Assembly: GCF_963921235.1 (NCBI RefSeq)
Contig: NC_086108.1
Location: 77,812,001 to 77,876,000, forward strand
DNA: 64,000 nucleotides
DNA from: Mobula hypostoma
Lineage: Eukaryota
Direction: 5' to 3'
In this document: positions 1 to 13,370 of the stretch, piece by piece
Position numbering within the stretch: position 1 is the stretch's first letter
Layout of the letters: the number at the start of each line of letters is the position of its first letter
Translations under genes and position numbers: made by a program
Notes under the pieces: model-generated
What the model was told of the DNA's origin: nothing
Database searches by the model: none
The model's input: only the letters and a program-made list of their open reading frames with translations

Positions 1-104
1 CCCAATGGCCTAACCATTGTAGAATTTGACATAAAGCACAAAGTCTTCACTGCAGATAACGTGTGCAATTTTTTTCTGAATAAAGGTAAGCAAGCAAGCA
101 TGTT

Positions 105-420
105 TATTGAATTAGCACTTTTCAAACTCAAGGCAATTCAAAGAGCTCTACGTAGAACCAGATATAAAAATCAAACATCAAATTTCAGACAACATCTAAG
201 AGAAGAAAATCACACAAAAATAGATATGATAACTAGAAGTTACTGTGCAAGAGATTCTAATTAAGAACTACAGCGTAAAGAAAAGTTTTAAGCCTCAATT
301 TCAAAGAGCACAAAGTTGGGGCAGACTTTAGATCCTCTGGAAGGTTATTAGGTTATTCCAGATATGTGAAGCATAGTAACTAAAAGCTGCCTCACCATGT
401 TTAGTTTCAATCCTGGAGTC
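105..420 (-). mobile_element. Probable L2-type LINE 3' fragment
   Basis: TAGCACTTTTCA..AATTCAAAGAGCT and AAAGTTTTAAGCCT..TTCCAGA..AAAAGCTGCCTCACC resemble the reverse complement of fish L2 3' ends (recalled). Confidence 0.4.
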
Positions 421-1907
421 AAATTTTTAAAAAAACATAGATTCTTAGTTAAATTGAATTAAGTTATACATTCTTTATGAGCAGAGTAGCCTGGTAAAAG
501 GGAGGGTGTTGGGTTGGAAAGATAGTGTTGGATTGGTAAATAGAGAGAGGATTGAACAGGAGAGTTAATGCGTTAGAAGGCAGGGGAGAAATCAAACTGG
601 TGAAAGGGTTGGAGGGTGACTGGGACAGGAAAGGAGAGAAGGTGGCAACATGAGTGGTCATGTGGTAAAAGATGTCAGGGTGGGGTGGGCAGCGTGGGTA
701 GGCAAAATCAACACTTGTGAGAGAAAGGGGACAAGGAGTGAATGCAGCTTGGGGTAGGTGTGAGAAATGGCAGGAGGTTTACATTATGAGTAGGAGGATC
801 TGGCCCACAGGCAAAACTTGTTATTTATCTGCTGGATCCAGTTGCTCTGCACACTTGAGCTGCCAGGTTTCAAATTCCTGGAGAACCCTGCTGCTGATTG
901 ATAAATTTAAATTTGACTCTCTCAATTAGAATAGGGGAAGTTAACTTTTCTACTCATTTGCAGGATGTGAGTGTTGAAGATAAGGTGCCTCTCCCTAATT
1001 TCCCTTCAAATTATGGCAGTGAGCCAACTCTTGAACTGCTGCAGTCTTTATGGGGTGAACTTACGATCACAGTGCAGTTACACAGGGAGTTGCAGGATTT
1101 TGACGGAGCAGATATGAAAAAAAAATGGCAATCTATTTCCCAGAGAGAAAGGCGTGTGACATAAAGAAGAATTTTCAGGAGTAGGATACTCATTCACATA
1201 TTACTCTTGCTCTTCTAGGAGGCAATTATTATTGAGGGTATCTTGCTGATTTAATACAGGGTTTCTTATAGATTGTGTATACCATTGCCACAATACATAA
1301 ATAGTGGAGGAAGCTAATGTTTAATGTGGTAGGTGTGTTGCTTTGTCCTGAGCCAAGGATAGAATTTAGAGCTAATTCTGGAGCACAATCACAAACTTAA
1401 ATATTATGATGAGATATCCTGCCTCTCAAAAGTGGAAAATTCTCAAGGCCACAACACACTACTATTAAAATTATAATTAATGATCATAAAATGATTTCAG
1501 GATTGGCTCCCCTTCTTTATTTTTAGCCCTTTATCCACTTGTTACATTTAGTTTATTTCAATGAGCATAGCTGGCATGTTAGTATCATTTTATCAATCTA
1601 CACTTTATTTTTGAGGTCATGTTCTTTCATTTGAGACGTGACTGTTGGCAATGGTTTCTTATTCTAGATGTTAGTATATTGAGAATGGTTCTAGATTCCA
1701 ATCCATCTAGCTCTCACTCTCACATGAACTTTGGGTTTTGTTCTCTGACTTTCTCCTGCATCCTTTTCTTTTTGTCATCATTCCTTCAAATTTCTCTGTG
1801 TGCCTGATTTGGAGGGAGGGGGTAAGGTGGGCAGGCCTCAGGACTTTGCTTCCTCTCATTTGAAGGGAAGCACATGCACTTAACAATCTTGGGCATATGT
1901 CTACATC

Positions 1908-2255
1908 CTTCTAAGAGAACCACTACCTTGTCTTGGTTTGGAGGCTTGCGTGCCTCAGTGACTTCGACAGCTATGCTGGCTGGAGTCAGGGCATTGTACT
2001 TTGTAGGGTCACCAATGCTAAACAGGTGAAAGGGCAGAAGCCAGACTAGGAGTGGCCCAGCGGCCCTCCAAGGCTCAGGGGTTCAGCTCAAGTTCGCAAC
2101 CTTAACTGGTCAAACAAAACTGTTTCAGAAACAGCAATGAAGAATCCTTCTACTTCTGTGTGCGATGGTATTCCTGAGCCTCCACCTAGGACAGACAGAG
2201 ATGGAGGACCCTCATTGTTGTCCTAAACACCAGAGTTGTAAGGGACAGTAAGTAG
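1908..2255 (+). mobile_element. Non-autonomous RTE-derived element (5' UTR fused to 3' end)
   Basis: RTE-like 5' motif GGAGGCTTGCGTGCCTCAGTGAC..AGGGTCACC and 3' end GGAGGACC..CAGTAAGTAG. TSD TATGTCTAC(A/G)TC at 1896-1907 and 2256-2267. Confidence 0.65.
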
Positions 2256-2329
2256 TATGTCTACGTCTGTATCTCTAAACTGTTGTTCTATCTTTGTTTG
2301 CTGGGATAGGAGTCATATGTATGCTAATG

Positions 2330-2905
2330 AAGACATAGAGTAATACAGCACTCAAACAGGCCCTTCGGCCCAGCTCATCCATGCCAACAAAGATGCCCAA
2401 CTAAGCTAGTTGCGTTTACCCTAATGGGTCCACCCCCATTTTATTATTAATGCAGGGTTACTTCTTTCGTCTGCCTTCCCTGATTCTATCAGTTTCCACT
2501 AGTTGTAGAATGGTACAGTATATGATCTTCAGCCTTTCACGTCTGTACTGACGATGATGCCATCCAAGCTAATCCCACCTGGCTGCATGTAGTCTATATT
2601 ACTCCATTCCCTACCTGTTTATATGTTTGTCTAAATGCCTCTTTAGCATTTCTGTTGTACATTCTTCCAACACCTCTCTGGCAGTGCATTCCACTCTATG
2701 TTTAAAAAATCTTGCCTCATAAATCTCTTTCAAACTTACCCACTATTAAGTTAAAACTACATATGTCCTCTAGCATCTGATATCTGACAATAAAATCTCT
2801 ATGCTCTATCTATGCCTCTAATGTTATATACTTCTATCAGGCTGCCCCTTGGCCTCTGATATTCCAAACAGAGTCACAATCCAAGTTTGTCTAACCTCTT
2901 CTTCA
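2330..2905 (-). mobile_element. Old CR1 3'-end fragments
   Basis: ACAGCACTCAAACAGGCCCTTCGGCCC tail-proximal motif and downstream TCTATCTATGCCTC..CTTCTATCAGG, similar to other CR1 3' ends in the window. Confidence 0.55.
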
Positions 2906-3318
2906 ACGGGAACCGCACTCTCTTCTGTGAACATGTACAGGCATATACCTTCAGGACACACTGAAGTATATCATTGATATGATAGCAAAAATCAGAAACT
3001 ATCTGCTTCCTTGAAGAATGCAAACAAGTGAATAAACATATCAAAATAATTCAGGCAAAGGTGTACGGAAGCAAACATGATACACGTTAGCAAATGATAG
3101 TTCAGATAACTGATCATTGAAAAAGTAGACATTATTGGCTTCTGTCATTGAAACTTAGTTCTGTACAAAAATTATTTAAAAGTTGTTTATCAGAATCCCT
3201 TTAGTCATAGACTACAGTGTCAACATGATAAATGGTATTTATTCTGGTGTCTTTAAAGGTACTTTCAAAAGTTAGGCTGCTTGGTAAAATCTTTCAATGG
3301 AGACCAAATGATATAGGT

Positions 3319-3518
3319 GCCGGCTGGTGGCGTAGTGGCATCAGTGCCGAACTTCAGAGCGAAGGCTCCCAAGTTTGAATCCAACCAGCTCCCTTGCACG
3401 CTTTCCATCTGTGCTGGGTTGAGCGTCAAGCTAGCAACTCAGACTTGTAAAAATAAGGAAGCCTGCTAAAATAAATGACTCCACTTGGAGTTAAGGGCTT
3501 TCTTCTTCTTCTTCTTCT
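3319..3518 (+). mobile_element. tRNA-derived SINE with (CTT)n tail
   Basis: A box TGGCGTAGTGG (3328-3338), B-box-like GTTTGAATCC (3373-3382), (TTC)n tail at ~3500-3518. GATATAGG is repeated on both flanks. Confidence 0.7.
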
Positions 3519-3595
3519 ATAAGATATAGGAGCAGAATTAAGCCATTTGGCCCATCAAGTCTGCTCCACCATTTCATTGTGGCTGGCCAGTTTTC

Positions 3596-5108
3596 CTTTT
3601 ACAAACACCCCAGTCATCATGGACTCACCTTCACTCTTGAGCAGGTGAGAAGGGCCCTGGGGAAACTCAGACACGGCAAAGCATTGGGACTGGATGGTGT
3701 GAACCCCAAGGTCCTGAAGGAGTGTGCTGAGCAGCTGTGTGGAGTTCTCCAGTGCAGTTCAGTCTGAGTCTCAGCCTGGAAAGGGTCCTGACTGTATGGA
3801 AAACACCATGTCTGGTCCCAGTACCCAAGAAGGGCCAACCAAATGTCTTGAATGACCACCATCCAGTGGCCCAGACCTCACACATCATGAAGACCCTAGA
3901 GCGGCTCCTGGTTCACGTCTGACCCCTGGTCAGATCAGCCCTCGATCCCCTGCAATTTGCCTACCAGGAGCACATTGGAATCAGCAATGATATCATCAAC
4001 CTGCTGAACAGAGCCTACTCCCATTTGGATAAGCAGGGCAGCACTGTGATGATCATGTTTTTGATTTTTCAAGTGTCTTCAATACCATATAGTCCCCACT
4101 GCTGGGGGGAAAGCTCCATTCAATGCAGACCATAGTTAGTGCCGTTTCAAAGCTGTGTGTCAGACATGGCTATAAGAAGCTCTGGGACCCCACAGGGGAC
4201 TGTATTGGCTTCCTTCCTGATTATCCTGTTCACCTTGGACTTTAGATACAACATTGAGTCATGTCATCTGCAGACATTTTCTAATGACTGAGCAATAATT
4301 GGGTGTATAAGGGGAGGACAGGAGGATGAATACAGGGCCCTGTTGGGGGACTTTGGCAAATGGTGTAAGCTGAATCATCTGCAGCTGAACATCAGTAAGA
4401 TAAAGGAGATGGTGATGGACTTTAAGAAGACTAAATCTGCATTGTTCCCTATTACTATTAATGGTGAGGAGATGGATGTGATGAGGACCTACAAGTATCT
4501 GGGAATGCACCTGGATGACAGACTTGAGTGAGGCTGTGTACAAGAAGGCCCAGAGACGTCTCTACTTCCTGTGGAGTCTGAGGTCATTTGGAGTATGCAG
4601 GCCTCTCCTTCACAGGTTCTACCAGTCTGTTGTTGCCAGTACAATCTTCTATACAGAGGTGTGCAGGGGAAATGGCATCAACATGGGTGATTTCAACAAG
4701 CTCAATAAACTGATTAGAAAGGCAGGCTCTGTTATAGGAGTCAAACTTGACACACTGGAGGCTATGGTAAAAGAAAGGACCCCACGGAAAATCCTGGCAA
4801 TTCTGGACAATGTTTCTCACCCTCTGCATGCCACCTTGGCTGAACAGAGAAGCACTTTTAGTAATAGAGTAAGACAACTGTGCTGCTCCAAAAAGTGCTA
4901 TATGAGTTAATTCTACCGTCGGCTATTAGGCTCTATAAAGAGTCAACCTATAGCCAGGGCAGTGATGGCCCCTTCCTGCTAAACTGTGAGGGAGCTTATT
5001 TTTTATTCTTTCTACTTCTTTTCTAATATTTATAGATCTGTGCACTTGTAATGCTACTGTAACACTGTAATTTTCTTTGGGATCAATAAGGTAACTATCT
5101 ATCTATCT
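3596..5108 (+). mobile_element. 5'-truncated Rex1/Babar-type LINE (decayed RT)
   Basis: Peptides GLDGVNPKVLKECAEQLCGV, WKTPCLVPVPKK, LQLNISKIKEMVMDF, KKAQRRLYFL, VSHPLH. 3' end CAATAAGGT followed by (ATCT)n. Confidence 0.85.
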
Positions 5109-5899
5109 CTCAGCCCCAATCTCCTGCCTTCTCCCCATATCTCTTCATGCCCTGACCAATCAAAAATCGATCAACCTCTCCCTTAAATATGCATAAAGAC
5201 TTTGCCTGTGGCAAAGATTCACCACTCTCTGGCTAAAGAAGTTCCTCCTCATCTCCTTGAGGCCAAGCAGAGGTTACTTATCTGAAGCAAGATTGTGGTG
5301 GTCAACCTTAATCTGATGAATTCTGTCAGAGTAGTTTCAAGTGGTTGGAGTGTCAATGATGAGGCCTTCCCCCATAGTATGAGGACAACCAACCTGAGTG
5401 CTCTGCCAGCTGACAGTAAAAACTGGGCCAGATTAGGCGATAAAATATTCTACACAGCCACATGGTGAAAGAGCATGAAGAAACAGGCGGAATGGGTGTT
5501 AATGGAACCAGCTGAAAATTGATTTAAGTCCAACCTGTTTCCTGAGGAAAGTGATACTCCACCTATAGTCCAGGGAAGTTGTTCCGTCATATAACCTGGC
5601 TTTGTTGATGCCAATTTTTTAAGCTTATACTGCAAGATAGATCAGGAACAAAGGACAAATTTTAAGCAATTTTCCAAAACTTTAAATTTTAAATGTACAC
5701 ACTTTATATCATTTTGCACTTCTTTTAACGTTTCTTATTTTAACTTGTATTTTTTATGTATTGCACTATACTGCTGCCAGAAAAAACAATTACATGACAT
5801 ATGTCAGTGATAATAAACCTGCTTCTTATTCTGATTCTGCTTCCTCTGTTTAGTACCTTCCCTTTTTTAAGGAATGTTTTGTAGTGGCCAGCAATGACA

Positions 5900-6850
5900 C
5901 ACATAGTGAATCAGATCCCTCCTTACCCTATGTGGTGAGATTAGCCAACAATGGCAGGCATTCGAGAAGTGCCTCATCTGACTCAGAGTGCCCAGAGGGT
6001 TTGGGACGGCTGAGGAGTCCTATAGACCATGTATCTCTGTCAGTGATATAATTCAATGTGATTTTAAGGATATATGCCTGCACATGTTCATCGAAGAGAG
6101 TACGGTGAATATGAAACAAGTTGACAATTAAACAACAAATAGGAAGAAGAAGCTCCAAGAATAACCCCATCCTCCCTAATGGTGGGTCCAACATATGAGT
6201 ACTGAAGAAAACACTGAAACTCTTGCAGTCGTGTTCAGGCAAACATTCCAAACAAATAGCCCATCTTGGCATCCTCCTGAGATCTCCAATGTCACAGAAA
6301 CTAGTCTTCAGCCAAGTCAATGCTCTTCATGAGAACACTGTGTTGTTCTACCTGCACTCCAGAACATGCTGTGACTTTTTTTTCAAGCAGTACCAGTACA
6401 ATTAAAACTTTGCATCTACCTCACAATGTGGAAAATTGCCCAGAGTATCCTGCTCATTAAAGGCAGGATAAATCCAATTTAGCTAATCTGCCTAATCAGT
6501 CTACACTTAATCATTAGCAAAGTGATGGAAGCTGTTGTTAACGGTACTACCAAATCGCTCTTGCTTGTCAATGGCACATTCACCAATCCCCATTTTTTGT
6601 TTTGCCAGTGCCATTTGGCTCCAGATATATCAAAACATTGGTCTAACTGTAAACCCAACAGCGGAATTGCTGAGGTGAAATGTGGTGAGTGTGAATACTC
6701 TTGATAACAAAGCAGCATCTAACTGGTTAAATATAAAATGGAAGTCAATAGGATCAAAGGGAAAACCGACAATTATTTGAGTAATTCCCCACATTAACGA
6801 AGATGTCATCATCCCAACCTCAGAACATCATAGCAGGAGTTTCTCAGGGC
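5900..6850 (+). mobile_element. Highly decayed CR1-like LINE ORF2 fragment
   Basis: ATGTGGAAAATTGCCCAG (WKIA), CAGTCTACACTTAATCATTAGCAAAGTGATGGAAG (ISL.SIISKVME) and GCAGGAGTTTCTCAGGGC (GVPQG-like) occur in RT order. Confidence 0.5.
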
Positions 6851-9800
6851 TGTATTCCTACCAAGTGTAGGAAATTGAGGAGACATGGCTTTAGCATGCA
6901 TGGGTCTCATTTAAATGCCTAAGATATTTAAAGCTCAGTCCAGGCTAAGTTTCACAATGTTGGTGAAGGTTCTGCTATACCTTTAGCCATATCCAAAAGA
7001 GACTGAATTATTGATCATTGAGCTCAAAAGTGTCTTATTAAGACAGGTTACTCAGGGTGCATGAACATTTAAAGTACCTTTTAAGTTTGATTTGACAACA
7101 CGTTACAGGTTTTGTATAGTGAATGTATTGCAAACATAGTTTGCTCCTTTGTTATTGATCTTGTTACATAAACAATATGTTCCTTCATATTTCCACTTAC
7201 ACCTCACTTTATGCCTGTCGCACAGATGGTCGTGGAAAGGGAAATATATAGAGTTACAACACCGATCACCCCCTTTAGTTAACAACAGAAATCACTCAAA
7301 GGGCTAAAGGTCTTATTCCTTGAATGAAGACATGGGCTGTGATAATAAATGCTAACTCATAATCAGCCCTATCACACATGTACTATCTTATACTTACAGA
7401 GAGCTCTTAAATTAAGAAAAATATTCTGAAGAATTTTGCAGTGATGTTATCAGGCAGAAATTCAAAGTTCAGAGTAAATTTATTAGCAAAATACATGTAC
7501 TGTTTGTTATCATATACCACCTGTAGATTCGTTTTTTGCAGGCATTAATAGGATAAAAGAAATTTGCAAATCTATATGTAAGCAGGCAAAGACTGACAAA
7601 CAACCGATGTGCAGAAGAAGACAGATTGTGCAAATAAAATGAATACTGAGAACATGAGTTTTAAAGAGCCCTTTAAGTGAGTCCATAGACCGTAGAATTG
7701 TGGTGATTGAAGTTATCCATGCCAGTTCAGGAGCCTAATGATTGTAGGGTAATGACTGTTCCTGAACCTGACCACTTAGGTTGGTTTTAAACAGCATCTT
7801 CAAAGAGAGGTAGAGGGTTTAGAGAAGGAATTCCAGAGCTTAGCCCCTTGACATCTATTGACACATTGCCACTATCCCAGCCAGATCATTCAAGTGCATT
7901 TCTACTACTGTTGTATCTATTGATATTTTTTTAGAATTCAGTATTCTCCCTCCAAAAATGTTCCTCCGCAGCCTCCAACACACAAAAAGTGATAGTACTG
8001 ATAGGCAGTCCACTGTGGATTGCTGTCTTCAGAACATCTTCACTGAGGATGCTCAAGAAAATCTAATGAGGTGATTCTAATATAATGGATTCAAAGCTGA
8101 AAGTATATTGCATTGTTGTAAAATCACAAGACTAACAGATCATTTCAAACTATTAAGCACACTTTCGTGACTTCTCCAGCTATCTTGCTTTTCCTGGATT
8201 AAAACAATGCATGGCTATTATTATAGTTGAGGACTACTTCTTCATCTTACCTTCCACAGAAATTGGTGTTGAAGCAATAGTAGACATTGTTCAATTAGCA
8301 TACAAGAACAAAGGAGAATAGAAAGCCTTTCAATCCCTCAAACCTGCCCCTACTTTCAATATGATTATGACTGATCTGTGCAAACCTCAGCTCTTCTTCC
8401 CCTGTTCCCCTTAACTCTCAGACCTCTAATCTTTCAAAATTCATCTCTCTCCACTCTAACTGTTTCCAAGACTTTGAATTGAAACACTATTTTCAAATAC
8501 TGTAACCAAATATTCATGTCAGCTATTCAGTAAATTAATTGAGATATTGTCTGGGAAGCAGGGCTTTTGTTATTATTGGCTCAAATTTACAAATGTTTTT
8601 GATACCAATACCCTATCTGGCTTAACAACAATTCTGGTCTCCACACACGTCTATGGTGACCCCTTGACCATCCATAGTCTACATGCAATCATGTTATTGT
8701 TAAATATTTGTCCTTATCTTTTTGCAATTAGATACTACTTCAAAATGTTTAAGTCCATCCCTGAACTATGAGGTTTTCCTGTCTACATCTGTTAGCTTTG
8801 GCACTTTCCCTACAACCACACCTGTTATTAAAAGCAGAATACTATATAGGGCTCAGCAGATGGTAATGAGATATTAGGTGCACTTTCATGAAAATGACAA
8901 TTACCTATAAAATGCGTGCTGAGTCGTATTTTAGTTGTCTTTCTCTAACAATGTGGAAGGTTCAGTCTTTAATAAAATTAAATAAGATTAAATTTGAGGT
9001 AAGCCCTTTGACACACTTTGAATGTTGGCCAAAAATAGAACGACATATTGTAGACCATCAACTCACAACAGTGAAGTCTAACCATTTTCAATAAGTAATG
9101 CGAAGGCTAAGCCCACATTATCACAATTCTCCTGTTATGTGTCTAAATGTTATGAGAGTTGACTTTTAACAGAATAACTTACAAATCAGAAAAATCTGAA
9201 AGGTAACTTTTTATTGTTTAGTTGTAGTTAGTGTACTTCATGATCACAGAATATCTATCATCTACTTTGTTGGACAGCTTTGTCCAGATGGGAATTATTC
9301 TCTCTGTTATATATTTTTCAAGTAAATCACTTCAAATTTAGCAACAGGAAGTCTTCTGAACTAAATTCTTACAAATTACATCAAACTCACAAACAGGAGA
9401 AATACAGTATACAGCACCTCCATTAGATTATAATGCCCGTAACAAAGTCAATATTGTGTGACCTTAATGTTCAAAAGGGCCTTTGATCTCAGATCAGTTT
9501 GGTTCATTGATTTAATTAATAGATGTTTCCTTTGATCAAAAAATCTGTTTATTACTATTGTGAAGACTTCAGAATGTGAATTGTGTTTGTAGCTCCACAA
9601 AGAAAAATGTACACTTCCTCTTTTTGTATGTGGTGAGATTTTTCTGATAGGTTTAATTGCACAAAGTATTGTGTGATTTCTTGTGTTGTAGCCATCTCCT
9701 ACACTAATCGGCAGTTGCATGGTGCATTGTCTGATCTGATCTGATCCGGAAAAAAGAACACGATAATTGTTGGTTTTGACATCTATAAAGTTAAAAGTAT

Positions 9801-9999
9801 GAGGTTTGGAACAGCATGGGAGAGTTCTTCTGAAAGCTGGGAGGTCCCTACAGGTTGTTAAATTCTCGTCTCCAAGAAGTTAGAATGGATGTGAACTCTA
9901 TGCCTTCATAGCCTGGTCATCACCAGATGGACTGGGTTGTTTACTCCGACAATCTCTTCAGATTTGATTCTCTTAAACCTTCTGTAATAGACTCTCTCT

Positions 10000-11565
10000 T
10001 ACCTATTGTGACAGAAGAAAGCCATTGTCTATTGAATCTATGCTAGCTCCCAATAACCGAAGCACCCAATGGTCCCTCAGCCACAAGGCACTCCTCCTCC
10101 CTCCTCACTCCTCCAGGTCAAAACATAGAAGAACAACACTGTCCACCATTGTCTACAACCCCTCCTTGCCCTGCACCTCCCTTCCACACCGTCATATACC
10201 AACTTGCTATCGTACTGATCTTCACTTCCCCCAGGCCCCACTTTTTACAAACACCCCAGTCGTCATGGACTCACCTTCACTCTTGAGCAAGTGAGAAGGG
10301 CCCTGGGGAAACTCAGACATGGCAAAGCATTGGGACTGGATGGTGTGAACCCCAAAGTCCTAAAGGAGTGTGCTGAGCAGCTGTGTGGAGTTCTCCAGTG
10401 CAGTTCAGTCTGAGTCTCAGCCTGGAAAGGGTCCTGACTGTGTGGAAAACACCATGTCTGGTCCCAGTACCCAAGAAGGGCCAACTGGAATCTTGAATGA
10501 CTACCGTCCAGTGGCCCTGACCTCACACATCATGAAGACCCTAGAGAGACTGGTCCTGGTTCATGCCTGACCCCTGGTCAGATCAGCCCTCGATCCCCTG
10601 TAGTTTGCCTACCAGGAACACATTGGAATTGATTCTGTCATCTATCCCATTTGGATAAGCAGAGCAGCACAGTGAGGATGATGTTTTTTGACTTTTCAAG
10701 TCCTTTCAATACCATACGTCCTTGTTTGCTGGGGAAGAGCTCCGTTCAAAGCACTTCCATCGTATCCTGGATAATGGACTACCTGACTGGCAGACCACAG
10801 TAATGCGGCTTCAGAGCTGTGTGTCAGACATGCCTATAAGCAGCTCTACAGCCCCACAGTGAACTGTATTGGTTTCCTTCCTGTTTAACCTGTATACCTT
10901 AGACTTTAGATACAACACTGAGTCATGTCAACTGCAGAAATAGATGGGTATATAAAGGGCAGATGAATACAGGGCCTTGGTGGAGGACTTTGTCAAATGG
11001 TGCAAACTAAATCATCCGCAGCTCAACATCAGTAAGACAAAGGAATTGATGATGGACTTCAGGAAGACTGAGCCTGCACTGGTCGCTGCTACTATTGGAC
11101 ATTGATGTAGTGAGGACCTGTAAGTACCTAGGGCTGCACCTGGATGGCAGATTTGAGTGGAACACTAACACGGAGGTTGTGTACAAGAAGGGCCAGAGTC
11201 ACCTCTACTTCCTGAGGAGGCTGAAGTCCTTTGGAGCATACAGGGCTCTCTGTCACATGTTCTATCAGTCTGTTGTCACCAGTGCACTCTCTATGCAGTG
11301 GTGTGCTGAGGCAATGGCATCAACACGGGTGAGGCTAGCAGGCTCAGTAAACTGATTAGGAAGGCTGGATCTGTTATAGGAGTCAAACGTGACATACTGG
11401 AGTCTGTGGTAGAACAAAGGATTCTACAAAAAAATCCCGCAAATTCTGGACAATATTTTTCACCCTCTGCATGCCACCTTGGCTGAACAGAGGAGCACTT
11501 TTAGTAGTAGACTAAGCTAACTGCGCTACTCCAATGAGTGCTATATGAGGTTATTCTTACCCTTG
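10000..11565 (+). mobile_element. Second Rex1/Babar-type LINE copy (decayed)
   Basis: Closely similar to 3596-4925 from TTTTACAAACACCCCAGTC onward. Peptides LNDYRPVALTSHIMKTLERLVL and YKKGQSHLYFLRRL. The 5' boundary is approximate. Confidence 0.85.
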
Positions 11566-13234
11566 GTTTCTCTCCCTCTCTCCCCCTCACCCTCTTTCCC
11601 TCCTTCTCTTCCTCCCTCTCCCTTTAGTTCTTATGCTAGCTATTAAGAAGCAATTTACAGTATCCAGTTAAGCTACCACCACATGTTGAGAATCTAGGAA
11701 GAAACCAAACCGCTGATTCCAGCAGGTAGCTTCAGGAAACATCATTCACAGCTTTTGCATCTCATTCTCACATACTTCTTTAATATTCTCCAGCATGAAC
11801 TCCCAAATTATTGCAATGGTCTACTAGTCATTTGCAATTGTACACCAAAGACAAAGATTCATATTTCTGCCTCTAGTTCTGTATTATTCTGAGAAGCCTA
11901 GAATTTTAAATCCTTATCCTTGAGTTTTGTCCTTCCCAAAATTCACCATTGTTTTGTTCTGCAGCCTCCTCTTGCTTCCATTGTCAATAATTCCAGACGC
12001 GTGTTCTTCTTTCCCTCCTGTGTTCAAAGTTCAAAGTAAACTTATTATGAAAGTACATTTATGTCACCGTATACTACCAGGAGTTTCATTTTCTTGCAGG
12101 CATTTTCAGGAAAATGAAGAAGTATAATGGAACTTACGAAAAACTATACTTAAACAAAGACTGACAAGTAACCAATGTGCAAAAGAAGACAAATAGTGCA
12201 AATAATAAAAAGGTAAATAAATAATACTGAGAAAATGAGTTATAGAATCCTTCAATCCTTCCTAGATTGTGGAGTCTGTTCAGTGTCAAGCATTAGTTGA
12301 GTCCAGCTCTGTGAATTGTCTGTCTTAACCCTTCCAGAATCTGTTCCTTTGTGATGCTCATAACTTACCTCTATTGAGATTATTTTGGCAACAGTCTAAT
12401 CTTTGTGAAGAACCTTGATGCAGCAGTGTGATGCTTTCCTACATCAGAGATGTTATACAAAGGCGTTGTTGGGTTGTCCTGATTGGGCATAAGTAGTACA
12501 TCTGCTCCTACTGTGAGCATCTTGAGCCACTTAATATCTGGCCAGGTGCCTTCTTTCACAGTGAATGGTGAAAAGCCAGCACAAATCAACTATAATTGAT
12601 GCATTGCCATGTTGTTCTTTCCAAATGCAAGAGTTAGACTCTGGTGGGCTAGTGAGTGATTGCAGCACCTGAAACAAATTCCTAGGGTTCTCCTTTCCTA
12701 AGCAGGGAGTGATGAGTTGGTTGAAAACAACACTCAATTATTGTAGTAGTGTACTACCTCAGGGGGACAGATGAGTCGCAACAGTCCTATTGGTTTTAAG
12801 ATACATAATAACACATATAATAATGAAAGGCATTATTCTTCTAAATATTATTATGAATAAAATTTATTTTGATATAAAAATCCTGACTATTTTTATGCAC
12901 ATTCTCCTTCATGAAAACATGATATGGCTGCAACCTAAGAAGACACAGGTGGAGAAGCCTTCAATTGAGCACATAGTGTATACTTCAGTTGATCATCATT
13001 ACATATTAGTGCAGATTTTTGTCCAGCTGATTTACTCCAGAGATTCAAAAAACAATAATTAGTGTATATACTCCCAGTAAGGCAAACTATATTGCATTTA
13101 AGGTAGTGTATATGATCCACAATACCAATACTGTACTGGATAAAGAATTATGCACGTGCAGCCAAACAAAAGCAAGGAAGGTGCATTTTTAAGGAACACA
13201 AATGTCATATATAAAACACACAGAGAAATACCCA

Positions 13235-13370
13235 TGGAAATATAGAAAAGCTACAGCACAATACAGGCCCTTCGGCCCACAATTCTGTACCAAACATGTA
13301 CTTACTTTAGGAATTACCTAGGGTTACCCATAGCCCTCTATTTTTCTAAGCTCCATGTACTTATCCTGGC
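13235..13370 (-). mobile_element. CR1 3'-terminal fragment
   Basis: ACAGCACAATACAGGCCCTTCGGCCC...CCCTCTATTTTTCTAAGCTCCATGTAC matches 17260-17377. Confidence 0.7.

Larger units (their letters stand above)
3301..5258 (-). mobile_element. CR1 3'-end fragment split by the SINE and the Rex1 insertion (pieces ~3301-3317, 3519-3596, 5107-5258)
   Basis: The joined pieces resemble the reverse complement of the CR1 3' end at ~53750-54010. Confidence 0.7.

Noticed and set aside
3319..3390. Possible tRNA gene (A and B boxes); likewise near 25690 and 63550-63620
   Set aside because: No convincing cloverleaf, and each continues into a SINE body and tail.
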